Shown here one piece after another: positions 26,951-39,890 of a stretch of DNA of 64,000 nt. Position 1 is the first letter of the stretch; the number at the start of each line of letters is the position of its first letter. Location: positions 5,890,001 through 5,954,000 of the forward strand of contig OZ024758.1 of assembly GCA_964016885.1 (NCBI GenBank). Direction: 5' to 3'. Under the pieces are notes generated by a model. The model ran no database searches, had not been told where the DNA came from, and saw only the letters and a list, made by a program, of their open reading frames with translations. This DNA comes from Eledone cirrhosa. Taxonomy: Eukaryota. Both the position numbers and the translations under genes were made by a program.

Positions 26951-29900
26951 ACTGACATGCAGGTCGACTGAAAGGTTCATAGGCTGACTAAGATACTCTC
27001 ATGGAATGTGACCAAATGAGGTGTAGTTTTCAACATAGTCCTCCTTGCGGCCCACACACTTCTTCCATCGGTATTGCAGTAGATCTCTCGAAGAGAAGTT
27101 TAACCTCTGTTTAACCTAACTTTCTATCTCCGGGTATAACATGTAAAGGACGTTTTGTCTCTAATATTCAGTACTTGGTCACACAATCGCCCAATTATGG
27201 AATGTTTCTTTTAGAATTTCTTAGGTTTTTTTTTTAGGTACCCACGTCCTTTCTACGCCCTTATATGTGTACGTACTTAGAACTATGTTGCTTTCTGTTA
27301 GTAGTTCTAGAAATGTTGTTGTTGCTGATGATACTAATACTATATTGTTGTTGTTACTGTTGTTTTGATTGACTTCTTTTTCATCTCAGAATGACAACAC
27401 AGAGCCTTTTCTCACTTAACACCATCTGCATGTTAAAAGGGAACCACCTATTCCTATATAAAAATACTGAGGCAGCATTATTGTTTTCTTTTTCGTCGAT
27501 TGTCAACAATTGTTGGACGACATATTTATAATTTGCTCTTCAAAGGCAAACCTTCTGCTTATAGCAGTGACACTATCTAGTTATTTTTTTATACGACGCA
27601 CTGAAAAAAAAAAACGTGTTAAATATTTTCAACCTTCTGTCGTTGAATCGGCATTGGTTTTCAAAGAAGAACAGATACTCAAATACGCCTATAGAAAAAA
27701 GAATAACAATTACAAGAGCTATAAAATATTTCTCACATTGTTACTAGGTTATTAATTTATAAAGGAAGAAAGAGTATATGTGATTGAGATCGACTCAAAT
27801 ATTTATATATACCGAATTTCCCGGCGTCGAAGACGCTACTTTTCTCCTAAAATAAGTCTCAAAATCTACCCTGCGTCCTGGAGGCCGAAGGTTGTTTATT
27901 CTTTTTTTTTTCTTTCAAATTTTTGGTTGTCAAAATTAGGGTGCGTGCTCGAGGTCGAAGCGTCTTTGGCGCCAGGAAATACGATAATATTTATTTTATC
28001 GATTCTGGAATTATGAAAGACTAACTCAGACGCGCAAGGAAATGGAAATAAGGACAGGAGACACAAGACATGTTGTCCACCATTCTACAGATTGTGTCAT
28101 CTATCTAATGGGGGAGGAATTTGAAGAGAAATTAAAGACATAGAATTTGTCCACAGAACATAGAAGTTCTGAAAAACATTGATTCTCAAGAAATCCACTT
28201 TTAATAATGGTTTCTAGATTTGGCACAAGGCCAGCAATTACCCCAGTACATTACTGGTACTTTATTTTGAGAACAATACCTTAACATCAGTACGAGTGGC
28301 TAGTTAGGACTGGTTTGAACAGAAAGAGGTGAGAGAATTCTGGCTGGTTACTGCCGGTTTGAATGCTAAAGGGTTAAACCACAGGGTGAATCATAAGTAA
28401 CTGGGCAGCCAATACATTTTGATTGCAAGATTCACAGATGACTTTCTGAACCTCTGCTTATTTGTGTGGTCAGCCATGGTTATATATTTTTTTAACTACT
28501 TTTTTCCCTGCTAACAAGGGTTGGACAGGTCTACTTTGACAAAGTCAGTACTGAAGCAGGACTACTGATCTCCCAGACTGACTGAGGATGAGGGGTCTGC
28601 ATCTCGCTTACATACGGTCTCACATTCTATCGAGTGCACAGGGGAGGTTGTCATGTCTTTGTGAAGACCCTTCAGTTGTGTCAATCATTTGTTTTGGAAG
28701 TTTTCTACAGCTCGATGCCCTTCCTATCAACAACCACTATACAGCATGCACTGAGCGCTTTTATTGTGTAGATCACCAACAGTAGGGAGGTTGTCATATC
28801 CTTCACACAGTTGTAGGGTCCTCCCAACCCTTTGTTTCGCAAGTTTTCTACGGCTGATACCTTTTATAGCACCAACCACTTTACAGCTACACCATTAAAT
28901 ATAAACATAAATTACAGTTGTCAGTGACTTAACCCTTTAGCATTCACATTACTCTATATATATACTATTATATTTTCATGGTAAAGGCTTTACCTCGCAT
29001 AATTATCTTACATGATATCGAATTTATGAGATTTTGAAAGTATTTATTTTGAGAACAGTACCTTAACATCAGTATGAGTGACCAGTTACAGCCTGTTTCA
29101 ACAGAAAGAGGTAGAGAATTCTGGCCAGTTTGAACATTAAAGGGTTAAAGAGAGAATATACAGCAGTTTTCTATATATGTGGCCCTATTGAATATGATAT
29201 TATCTTTAACTTGATACTGTTGTTGTTGATACTTAGCTATGATGCCATATTTAGCAGACCTATGAACAAAAGAAGCATTCTAGCCCTGACTATCCTAACT
29301 TTTCCCAGACATAGTGTATCTAGGACTACATTATCTAATGTGTCTTTTTTCTTAAAGATGGTATGGGGTGATATTTTTAAGGAGGCGAATTAGCAGAGTC
29401 CTTAGGTCTGACAGAAACCTTTGCAGTATTCGTTAAACACCAAGCTATTGCTGGTACTTATTTTCAGCTGGGTATAAGTATACTGGGGCAATGTGAACTG
29501 AAGTGTTTTTCTGAAGAACACAACACCCAACCCAGTCCAGGAATCGAACCCACAACATAAAGATCATAAGCCCAACCCTCTTACCACTAGGTCATGCACA
29601 GCTACATAAACCAAACTTGACAAGTATATATTATCATGAGACCTCCAATGTAGGAAGTTGTTTTAACTTCTGGACTAGGATTATAAACTGGGTCACCCAA
29701 CAATATAGACAAAATATAATTATATTCGATCCTATAATAATTTCTTGCCTGTTATTGTGTTACATTCCCAGCTTCCCTTGAAAACATTCTCCCTTTTACC
29801 AGAGTATTCTTTACTTCTTACTTCTTTTAATGATTATAACAGAGTTTCCATACTTATTAAAATACGAGGGTAAGCCAAAAAGTTCACAGGCTGACTATGA

Positions 29901-30299
29901 AAGAGTAATGCTAGAGCTGTGAAATCTTACATGCATTAATTTCAACTCTTCTTAATAATTGCATTGTTTCTTTCAGTGAAAATTGCATTATTTTTTCCAA
30001 AGACTATGTTGAAAAATAAACCTCATTTGGTCATTCCATGAGAGTATCTTGGTCAGCCTCTGTAGGAGGGAAATCTTACAAGCATTAATTTCAACTCTTC
30101 TTATTAACAACTACATTGTTTCTTTCGAGGGACTATGTTAAAAATAAACCTCATTCGGTCATTCCATGAGAGTATCTTGGTCAGGCTATGAAATGTTCAG
30201 CTGACCCTCCCATGTCAATGTTCCTTCAAATGTACTGAAAAGGAAGAATAAAACCTCCAAAGATCAGTTTATAATTGTGTGTGACAGCTCACACCTATG

Positions 30300-30520
30300 C
30301 AGGTTTAGCTGGCCTCCTCCAAGGTATATCTCGGAGGTGTCTTTGGTAGTTTAATGATAGGGACCCCAGTCCTATCATCTCATTTCTACAGCTGAGTAAA
30401 CTGGAGCAACGTGAAATAAAGTGTCTTGCGCAAGGAAACAACACATCACCCGGTCCGAGAATTGAACTCACAACCTTTCGATTGCAAGCCCAATGCTCTA
30501 ACCACTAAGCCATGCGCTTT
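30300..30520 (-). mobile_element. Related tRNA-derived SINE family with a different 3' tail (copies at 58665-58830 +, 62245-62462 -, 55600-55895 -, 5300-5450 -)
   Basis: tggcttagtgg A box, gagttcaattc B box, ttgctccagtttactcagctgtagaaatgag core. Confidence 0.85.
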
Positions 30521-30633
30521 CACAGTTTATAATTAAATTATGATGGATAAAATATCTTTAGATAGTAAACGAGTATGCTATAAATGTGTGTGTGTGTGTG
30601 CGTGTGTGAGTGTGAGTATAAATGCATGTGTGA

Positions 30634-30673
<40 letters not shown>

Positions 30674-32324
30674 AATTAAAAATCCGAGGAAATAATAGAT
30701 AAAAATATACCCATTATTTTCTTCAAAATCCTGACTACAGTTATAACATTACTATATATGTATATATATATATATATATCATCATCATCATCATCGTTTA
30801 ACGTCCATCTTCCACGCTAGCATGGGTTTGGAAGGGAATTTTCCCACTTGAGGCAAGATTGGTTGTCTTGCTCGTATAGGACTGTCTGGCGGGTTTTCTA
30901 CGGCTGGATGCCCTTCCTAACACCAACCACGTTTACAGTGTGGAACTGGGAGGTTTTTACCGTGTTACCTACACGGCCACATTACAGCGTGGACTGGGTG
31001 TTTTTTTGTCGTGACACCTACACGCCCTCATTTGTTTCGGAGTGGATGCTGTGGTACCAACATAACTTTACATTGGAAGGGGTGGTGTGGTGGTGTGGGG
31101 CCGGGGTGTATTTTTGTTAGAGGTGCCTATATATATGGGCATATATATATATATATATATATATATGCATGTGTGAGTGTGAGTATATGTCTGTATGTGT
31201 GTGTGTGTGTGTGTGTGCAAGATTTTATCATTTATTTACATTTCATTTAATTACACATTAAATGAAACTGGGATATTTTGAAGGCCATGAAAATATCAGG
31301 ATTTAGGTCAAAGATTTGGAAACAATTGAACCAGGAAATGTCTCGACTTACTTGGAAAGAAACATATGTATAAATCTGATTCTCATAGAAAAGTTCAGAG
31401 AGTTGAATCAACAAAGTAAGAGACAACAGAGAACTCCAAGATAGAAATCCTTGTGAACACTACCAGATTTATATTTGAGGTATGTGGACGGCTGCATGCC
31501 CAGGGCCCCATAGTTCAGGGGACTCCTTTAAATTTCATATGTACAGGATGAGTCGTAAGTATCTGGGCAGTCAAACATTTATATTCCAAATAATATTTCC
31601 TAAAATTCAGGGGCCACACAGTAAGAAATTATAAATAAATCAAACAAAGGTAGTTAAAAAATATAACCATGGCTCCTAAAACAAAAATAAGCAGGTGTTT
31701 AACCCTTTAACATTTACATGACTCTATAATTACTGTTGTATTTTCACGGTATACACTTTATTTCACATAAATATTGTATCTATGAGATTTTGATATTATT
31801 ATTTTGAGAACAATACCTTAACATCAGCATGAGTGGCCAGTTACAGCTGGTTTGAACAGAAGCAGGTGAGAGATTTTGGCTGGATATGGCCAGTTTAAAT
31901 GTTAATGAGTTAAGTTATCTGTGAACCTTGCAATTAATATGCATTGACTGCTTAAAATTTAAGACTGTACATAAGTGAGATACAGACCCCCCTCAGCCTG
32001 TCTGGGAGGTCAGTAACCCCGCTTCAGTACTGACTTGGTCTATGTAGACCCACCCAAACCTTGCTAGCAGGGAAAGTGGACATTAAATAACACTGATAGC
32101 TATGAAACATGACATTTTGTTGTCCAAATTTAGAATATTGTAATAGTTATTAAATACATTATTTACATCATCATCGTTTAACGTCCATCTTCCATGCTAG
32201 CATGGGTTAGACAGGAATTGTCCCACTTGAGGCAAAGTTGGTCGGGTGACCGTGTCTCACTCGTATAGGACTATCTGGCAGGTTTTCTACAGCTGGATGC
32301 CCTTCCTAACACCAACCACATTTT

Positions 32325-32505
32325 ATAAGTATAAAGTATGATGAGCTCCAGCACAAAAATGCTATAAAATAGGGCGAAGACCCTTAAAAGATTAAAAAAA
32401 AAGTTGCCATTGGCCGCTTTTCAGTCTTTTAAGGGACTTCACCCTATTTTATAAGCTATTTTTATAGTATCTCTTTGCTTGAGCACATCATCCTTTATAC
32501 TTATA
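32325..32505. repeat. Imperfect palindrome of about 180 bp
   Basis: tataagtataaag.atgatg.gctc.agca...tataaaataggg.gaag.cccttaaaaga pairs with the downstream arm. Confidence 0.75.
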
Positions 32506-32944
32506 TATATATATATAGCACCCAGCACACACTGTAAATATGGTTGGTGTTCCCCTCCCTCCTAAATTGTTGGCCTTGTGCCTAAATCAAAAAGCATTAT
32601 TGATGAATGTCTTCCAAAGCCAATAGTGTGTGATTTGAGAGAGAATTGACTGCTGTTACTATTTCTTCCTGTTGGCCAAATCTAGATGTGATTGCTCCTA
32701 ATATGTTTCTTCATTGTCTTGTTTTCTTTACTATCTTGTGTGTGTTATAAATATTGCACAATACTTCTGTTTTCTCTGTATGTCTGACTGTTTTGAGGGA
32801 GATTTGACTACTATTTCTAGCTGGTCAAGTGACTACATAGACTTTAGTGCAATCAGGCAAACTGCGGCCTGCATGCACCCCGTTTGGCTTTCTGAACGAC
32901 ATACCTAATTTCAAAATTACCTTGAATATTTTAGTAGTGCGGTC

Positions 32945-33192
32945 CCTATGATGATCCACATCCTATGTGGCCCACCCTATGATGAGCTACATCCTATGTG
33001 GCCCACCCTATGATGAGCTACATCCTATGTGGCCCACCCTATTATGATCCACATCCTATGTGGCCCACCCTATGATGAGCCACATCCTTTGTGGCCTACC
33101 CTATCATGATCCACATCCTATGTGGCCTACCCTATCATGATCCACATCCTATGTGGCCCACCCTATGATGAGCCACATCCTATGTGGCCCAC
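32945..33192 (+). repeat. Minisatellite of about 8 copies of a 29-30-bp unit inside a hAT-like MITE (32850-33218)
   Basis: Unit ccctatgatgagccacatcctatgtggccca; single-unit relative at 4165-4292. Confidence 0.9.
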
Positions 33193-33390
33193 TGCTCGAA
33201 AACGGTTGCCCATGTCTGCTTTAGTACATAAAGAAGCTGAACAAACAACACAAGACATTCTGTATGATACAGTAACAGATCTGAAAATTTATCTTATTCA
33301 CAAAACTCATCTTAAACATTTAGACATTCTGAAAATCATTTATAAAAATAAAATAAAGTAGAAATTCAAAGTCTATAGTTGAGTATCATA

Positions 33391-33396
33391 TTTATT
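33391..33396 (-). terminator. Candidate polyadenylation signal of the 33.7-33.9 kb terminal exon
   Basis: AATAAA on minus strand about 285 nt after the stop codon, followed by U-rich sequence. Confidence 0.45.
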
Positions 33397-33678
33397 CATT
33401 ATCCAATACATTTGTACATTAAAACAGTCAAAATAAGTAAGATCTGCAGAAGGAATTTTAAAATGGAAAGTATTCAAGAAAATTATATTTTAAATTAGTA
33501 AGTGAATATTGAAACTTTACAATAATGATAATAATATTAATAATAATCATAATTATTACCTAAACCAGAAACCATTATTATTATTATTATTATTATTGTA
33601 ATAAGTAAATTCATTTAATATGATATTCTTCAAAAATGTTTCCAAATTGCACCTTCATTTTCTTTTAACTAGCAGAAG

Positions 33679-33894
33679 CTATGCTGACACACCGTCTTCA
33701 GAATTGTCCTGATTGCAGTAAAAACCAACCAAGTTATCAATTTCATATCTGGGACATTCACCTCTACCACTAGCAGCACCAGCACTACTAGTGCTGGCAC
33801 CGATATTGTTGGGACTGGTAGAAGATAATACAAGAGCTTCACCCAAACGGGCAAAATTTGGTTTTTCTTCTTTTCTTCTGTCTTCAGCATCACT
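33679..33894 (-). CDS. Terminal coding exon of an unidentified minus-strand gene (SDAEDRRKEEKPNFARLGEALVLSSTSPNNIGASTSSAGAASGRGECPRYEIDNLVGFYCNQDNSEDGVSA*)
   Basis: Long polypyrimidine tract then AG (ttttcttttctccttttctaaaag|agt; a second AG 2 nt later keeps the same frame). 71 open codons of unique, GC-richer sequence end in TAG. AU-rich 3' UTR with AATAAA at 33391-33396 (-). This frame differs from the ORF-track frame at 33669..33893. Confidence 0.7.
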   Translation of the reverse strand, partial: SDAEDRRKEEKPNFARLGEALVLSSTSPNNIGASTSSAGAASGRGECPRYEIDNLVGFYCNQDNSEDGVSA

Positions 33895-35462
33895 CTTTTA
33901 GAAAAGGAGAAAAGAAAATAGAATTAAAATAGTAAAAAAAAATTAATAAATTGGAACAAAAAAAGAAAAAAAAAAAAAAAAAAAAGAAACATGGGCAAAA
34001 GAAAAAAAAGAAAAGTGATTCAGGGGGTGGGTGGGTTAAAATAAGAATTATTAATGTCAAATTGTGTCATGAAATATTTATCATTTTATGAATATTTCAG
34101 TTCTTTTGTACTTAATCATTGTAAAACTTAATATTCATAGAATTTCAGGCTTTCCTGAAATAAAAATTTGAAAAGCAAGAAAGAGAATATCACAAATATA
34201 TATACGTGTTTATGTGTGTGAGAGAGAGAGAGAGGGGGGGGGGGAGTGATAGCATGACCAGATACCTTAACCCTTCCATGACTACATTTTTAATGAAATA
34301 TGCTCTATTTTAATTAATTAATGAAGAATTTTGAGGGATTTACTTTGTATCCTGTAAGACTTGTTCTCATGAACCAAACACAGGAAATATGACAAAATAC
34401 ACAGAATTAGAGAATTATTGTTGGATCTTTTAAATAAATGTAATCTGACTAATTTGGAAAAAAAAACTAGGAAAGTTGCAGACATTTAAATATCCAAATA
34501 GTGTCCTAAGTTAATTCGATCATATTTTAATAAATAATAGACTGAAAAATAGTTCAATGAACTGTGAAGCTTATAACTCTTTCTTACCAATAGTTTCAGG
34601 ACATCATCCTATCACAGCAAGGATCAGATTATTACTAAGATGTAACTAAACTAGAGGCTGCGGGTTGTTTATTATTTTTTTTCAAATTTTTGGTTGTCAA
34701 AATTAGGGTGTGTCCTCAAGGACAAAGCGTCTTTGGGAAATATGGTACTTTAAATATTTGTTAACATACAAATCACACTTCACTATAAAACCTCCACCAC
34801 TTCTGTTTTACTCTAAATATTTGTTAACACACAAATCACACTTCACTATAAAACCTCCACCACTTCAACAATTTACTATAAAATTTAACCATATAAAAGA
34901 CTCAGTTTCTAAAGTTTTCCACAACATTAACCCACCCCACACTGCCTTAAATTGTTTCATACAAAATCATCTAACAATATAATTGCATACCAGAACCTTT
35001 TGTTAAGTTATATTCAAACAACAGCTAATGAAAAAGCCATTCTAGTATCAAGTGCATAAGAACCTGTGAGGGTGCATTTGTACTGTGAAATATAATGAAT
35101 GTTTTAATTTAACAAATTCATAGATAAGCAGCTACCATCATCATTACTGTTTAGTCATGCTTGCATGGGTTAGTTAGGTCATCCACACCGAGAGGCAAGT
35201 CTGGCCATAGTTGGCCATGCCACACCTTGCTCCAGCGAGGAGTGTAAATTTGGCCAGGTATTTTACAGCTGAAAGCCCTTCCTAACACCAACCAGATTTA
35301 CAGTTATATAATAAATTTAAAATATTTCAAGATGACTAAATACCAAACAGTTTATAGAAAGAAGATATGTTCTGGATTAACAGAAGATAAGTTCTTTTTT
35401 CATGATACACATTACTTATTTCATATATGGCGAGATGTATAAATACAAATATTATTAACCCT

Positions 35463-35668
35463 GGATGAAGAAGTACCAGGACATCCCAGTGGAGGGAAGC
35501 GATGGTAGAGGTAGACCAAAGAAGACCTGGGAAGAGGTGATGAGAGCTGATCTCAAATTGCTGAGACTGACAGAGGAGATAATGAAGGAACATGGTGAGT
35601 GGAGAGATACTGTGCTCAAAAGGACCCATCCAACCCATGCAAGCTCGAAAAAACCAACGTAAAATGAT
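35463..35668 (+). mobile_element. RTE-clade LINE 3' end (further copies at 46262-46455 and 58180-58415)
   Basis: GRGRPKKTWEEVMRADLKLLRLTEE...EWRDTV. Confidence 0.85.
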
Positions 35669-36860
35669 TTGCATTGTATTCAGTGAACTAAAAATGAGTG
35701 ATTGATCTAACTTAAGAGGAGAGAAGTATTACCAATAATGGTAGCATTTGCTATTTTATGACAATCTTTTCAATATTTCTGCTTGTTTTAATAAACTTTA
35801 AAAATAATCAAAAATTTGAAGAAATTTAATAAAATAACTAAATTATTTAGAATGTTATTTAACAACATTTTCTGAAATAAAATAGTGATATAATATTTTA
35901 AAATGACCAGTTTGGTATCAAAATGGTTAACTTCAGCTTTAGTTATCCCCTTCCCCACTATATCCTCTGGTTGTCTTCACAACTGAACTTTTGATTTTAA
36001 TATATCACATTTTTGCGTGGAGAGAGAGAGAGAGAGGCATAATTTGAGCAAAAAAAAAAAAAAAAAAGATTTCGTGGGACATAAAAATCTTCTGAAAACC
36101 CTGTGACATCAATTCTAGAGGTGGGGAGGAAAAAAGGCTTTTGGGTCTCAATTTTGCGGGAATAAAATAAAACTAGAATAATAAAGCAGGTAGTCAATAA
36201 GATCATTGAACCAAATAGTAGAACATTATATTGTAAAGGATTCAGAATAGAGAAGAGTGATAAATCATAACTTAAGTAGTTAAAGTCAACATGAAATGAT
36301 GACATGCACCTGATATTTTACACTTTTATCTTTATATATATATATATATATATAGTGAGAGAGAGATATGTATTTTTCTGTGGAATGATCATATTTGAAC
36401 ATTAACTTCAATAGTCATAAACAAATATTTTATAGCCCTATACATTTTCAGTCAAATATGAAATAAGAACACCACATTTTTAGACAAGTAAAGAGGATGA
36501 GTAAAGAAGGGCAGATCTGGCTGAATGGGAAAATAGCGGAAAGGACTATAAATGCCATTTGGCTAAGGTGTCATGCAGTGAAAGTAAACCGCAACCTGTT
36601 CAGTTACAAAGCAAACACCTTAAACACACAGCTATACCTGCACCTATCATAAAGATTTTTCTGAAATTCAACAATGGAACCCCAGGCCCCGAAAAATAAA
36701 TAAATAAAAAAGTAAATACAAATGAGTTTCCTTTGATTTATGAAGATAATAGGATTTTAACAAGAGGGATCATCTAACATCATCATCATTTAACAAAAGA
36801 GATAAACTGGTGTTAGGGTTAGAAATATATGAAGGCAAGCACACAAAACATTTCTTTTAA

Positions 36861-37082
36861 CCCTTTAGCATTTAAACCGGCTGTATCCGGCCAGAATTCT
36901 CTCACCTCTTTCTGTTCAAACTGGCCATAATCAGCTGCTTGTACTTATGTTAAGGTATTGTTCTCAAAATAAATAATATTAAAATATCACAGATTCAATA
37001 TTATGTGAGATATTACATGAGGTAAAGCTTTTACCACTGAAATACAGTAGTATATATATAGAGTAAGGTAAATGCTAAAGGG
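36861..37082 (+). mobile_element. piggyBac-type MITE of about 210 bp; representative of 12 copies (28265-28373 partial, 28933-29144, 31703-31909, 38798-39003, 42121-42345, 44725-44935, 52615-52823, 57043-57181, 59569-59995, 61595-61770, 63429-63639)
   Basis: TTAA target duplication and TIRs CCCTTTAGCATT...AATGCTAAAGGG. Confidence 0.9.
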
Positions 37083-37086
37083 TTAA

Positions 37087-37625
37087 TGTCTGCTTGGTAG
37101 GTCTGAAGGGATGGTGCCAATGGCATTTGAAGACCCTGAAAGACTAGAGAGATTGATGCTGTTGATCTTGTACTTAAACTGTTGCAGGTTGACTCTTTTT
37201 GGAAAGACACGAGCTTGGAGTGTCCCAGTGGGGAGGTGATGTTTTGGACAGAAAGGGCTGAGTATAGTGGATAGTGCACCGCTGGGAGTAGGGCGAAGGG
37301 AGTTGTACACACCATGGGTGATGAAAAGAGGGAAGATGAATCGAAAATGTCTGAGTGGAGGTGACATGAGACTAGCAAACTCTGAGGATCAAATACCATT
37401 CTGACTATGGTAGAAGAGATAAAGGAAGGAGATAATATGTCTATGGGTAAAAGGCTAGAGAGTGTTATAGTGTTAGTGAGTGACTTTATACTGATTAACC
37501 AAGTGACCTTTCTCTTGTCTAGCAAATCAGAGTAGGTAACTACAGTACCGTCCCAAATGTAGGAACAGTACATCCTTATGGGTCCCACTTGAGTTTTGTA
37601 GAGGGTCATTTGTTGTTGGGGGTTG
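37087..37625 (-). mobile_element. Degraded CR1/Jockey-group LINE, C-terminal part of the RT ORF
   Basis: LYKTQVGPIRMYCSYIWDG...LLDKR and VFPKRVNLQQFKYKIN motifs, with frameshifts. Confidence 0.75.
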
Positions 37626-39716
37626 AATTTAGGGAGTCATGATGACACCTCAGCAGAAGATGGTGACATGATAGTATTTGAATACATCTTTTATTTAATT
37701 TATATTTTTGACATCAGTATAATGATATATTTATCAAAATTCTTGTGCTGTTATTTTTTATGTAAGCCATACAATTATGATATAAACCAATATTTTTTCA
37801 AGGACAAATCAAAAACGTTAAATAAAGGGGTTACTGTATAAAAGAGGAGTGATATAGAGAGAATGATATAATTCACTTAATTGGTTACACATGACTTTTC
37901 AATGAAGGGTTCATTCAAAATGATGATGAATAAATATAATGACTGCTCCTCTTTTTCCATATACAGTTCCTGTATGAGCAAGGCACGGTCAGCCGACTAG
38001 ACACTGCCCACAACAGGACAACCCGTCTAACCCATGCTAGCGTGGAAGAACGGACGTAAAACGGTGATGATGATGATATATATGTGATGATTTGGTCGGG
38101 TATCGATTGTAATTAGAATCAAGTGACATGGTTTCTAGCGATTTTTAGACACACTGGACTAATGAAACAATTGTTAATACTTTAAATAAACCCTATTGTA
38201 CAGCCGACCATGTTATTCTTCACTCATTTACTATATATATATATACATACACACATACACATCACAAAAAAAAAAAACAGATGTAAAAATGTGGCGATGA
38301 TACACACACACAAACAAACACACACATATATTAATTCTGTTGGCAAAGCAGGATTTTACTAAACATGGTGACATTTAAATAAATAGACATCACCAAAACA
38401 ATACACCTCCTCCTCCTCCTTCGCCATTCCTGTGTGTCTAATGGTACAAATAAATAGAGTTTATGGCTCCCTGATATAAACACACAGCTTTCAGCATCTA
38501 TATATTCTAAAAGGTCAAGGCTTATATACATCTTAAAACATTGACAGATGGTTGTCTCCTCTCACATGCAATATCATATTCTGACATGAAAAAAAAAAAA
38601 AGGGTCTCAATTTAAAACTTCCTGTTTTAACACTATCAACTGAGGATCAAACTGGAAGAATTCACAAACAAAAATGAGCTCTAAAGAAAGATTTTGAGGG
38701 GTCAACTGATGTAAAGAATATGACAATTGGCTCGAATGAACTAGTGTCTTATGTGACAGAGCTGATTTGAAACCAAAATTTAAAACTTCCCGTTTAACCC
38801 TTTAACATTTAAACCGGCCATATCTGGCCAGAATTCTCTCACCTCTTTCTGTTCAAACCAGCTGAAGCCAGTCACTCATACTAACATTAAGGTATTGTTC
38901 TCAAAATAAATAATATCAAAATCATAGATTCGATATTATGTGAGGCAACGCTTTTACTGCGAAAATGGAATAGTAAATATAGAGTAATGCAAATTCTAAA
39001 GGGTTAAACAAATCAACTTAGGGCCTAACTAGAAGAATTCCCAAAATGAGCCCCTAAAGAAAGATTTTGAGGAGTTAACTAGCACTGTAAAGAATAAGAC
39101 AATTGGTTTAAATGAACAAATGTTCTTATGTAACAGAACTAATTTGTAACTAAAATTTATGTGATCCCAATACTTGACTAGTACTTATTTTATTAACCTC
39201 TGGAAGAATGAAAAGCAAATTTGATATGGTCAACATAGCTAGTAATTTTGCCAACTGCAATAATGGTTTCTGATTTAGGCCAACAATTTGGGGAGCAGGG
39301 AAAGATGATTAAATCAACCTCAGTGCATTACTGGTACTTTATTTTATCATAAAATCTCAAGTGTTTCAAAGGACATAAGTTCAAATGTCGGAATCAGGAG
39401 ATTATGCTATATATCTCAGTTGCACTTAACTGAAATCAGATATTTCTACTTTGCTGAGATGTGGTTTAGATTAAAGAATGTACTTCCTTCAAGACTTCAG
39501 AATTACATCCAACTTTATACAACACAAGGAATCAGATTTGAAAAAATTATAGAAATAAAAATAAAAAGATTCTGTCTTAAAGAACCATGAAAACTAATTT
39601 CAGTTTATATTTTTGTAGTTGTTCTTCAATTAAAAAGTTAAAATAATCATTGGTGTCTGACTTAAAGCATGTAATGCTGTTCTATTTACTTAGCTAGAAG
39701 TCTTTTATATATATAT

Positions 39717-39890
39717 AAATGGCTTCTAAAGGACTAGAACTGTTTCATTCGGGAGAAATCATCAGGAAGCCCTCTCCTGAATGAAATAGTTCTAGCCCTG
39801 TAGAAGTCATTTTTTATATTAAACACTTATACTCTACCATGTATTGAGTACCTTACTGTGGTTGCCCCCGATTGAACCCGGGATAAACAT
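39717..39890. mobile_element. Same family; palindromic arrangement with hammerhead-like core at 39732-39765 (-)
   Basis: ggcttc-CTGATGA-tttc tccc gaat-GAAAC-agttcta-GTC...gaagcc; TA-repeat flanks. Confidence 0.6.

Noticed and set aside
32945-33192. CRISPR-like array of 29-30-bp palindromic repeats; ATGATGA resembling a snoRNA C box
   Set aside because: Units are contiguous with no unique spacers, there are no cas genes in this eukaryotic context, and no paired D box
33669-33893. ORF-track 74-aa hydrophobic peptide (MMLKTEEKKK...)
   Set aside because: Overlapping alternative frame; the SDAEDRR... frame fits both adjacent acceptor AGs and looks more like a natural C-terminus, although the frame is not proven
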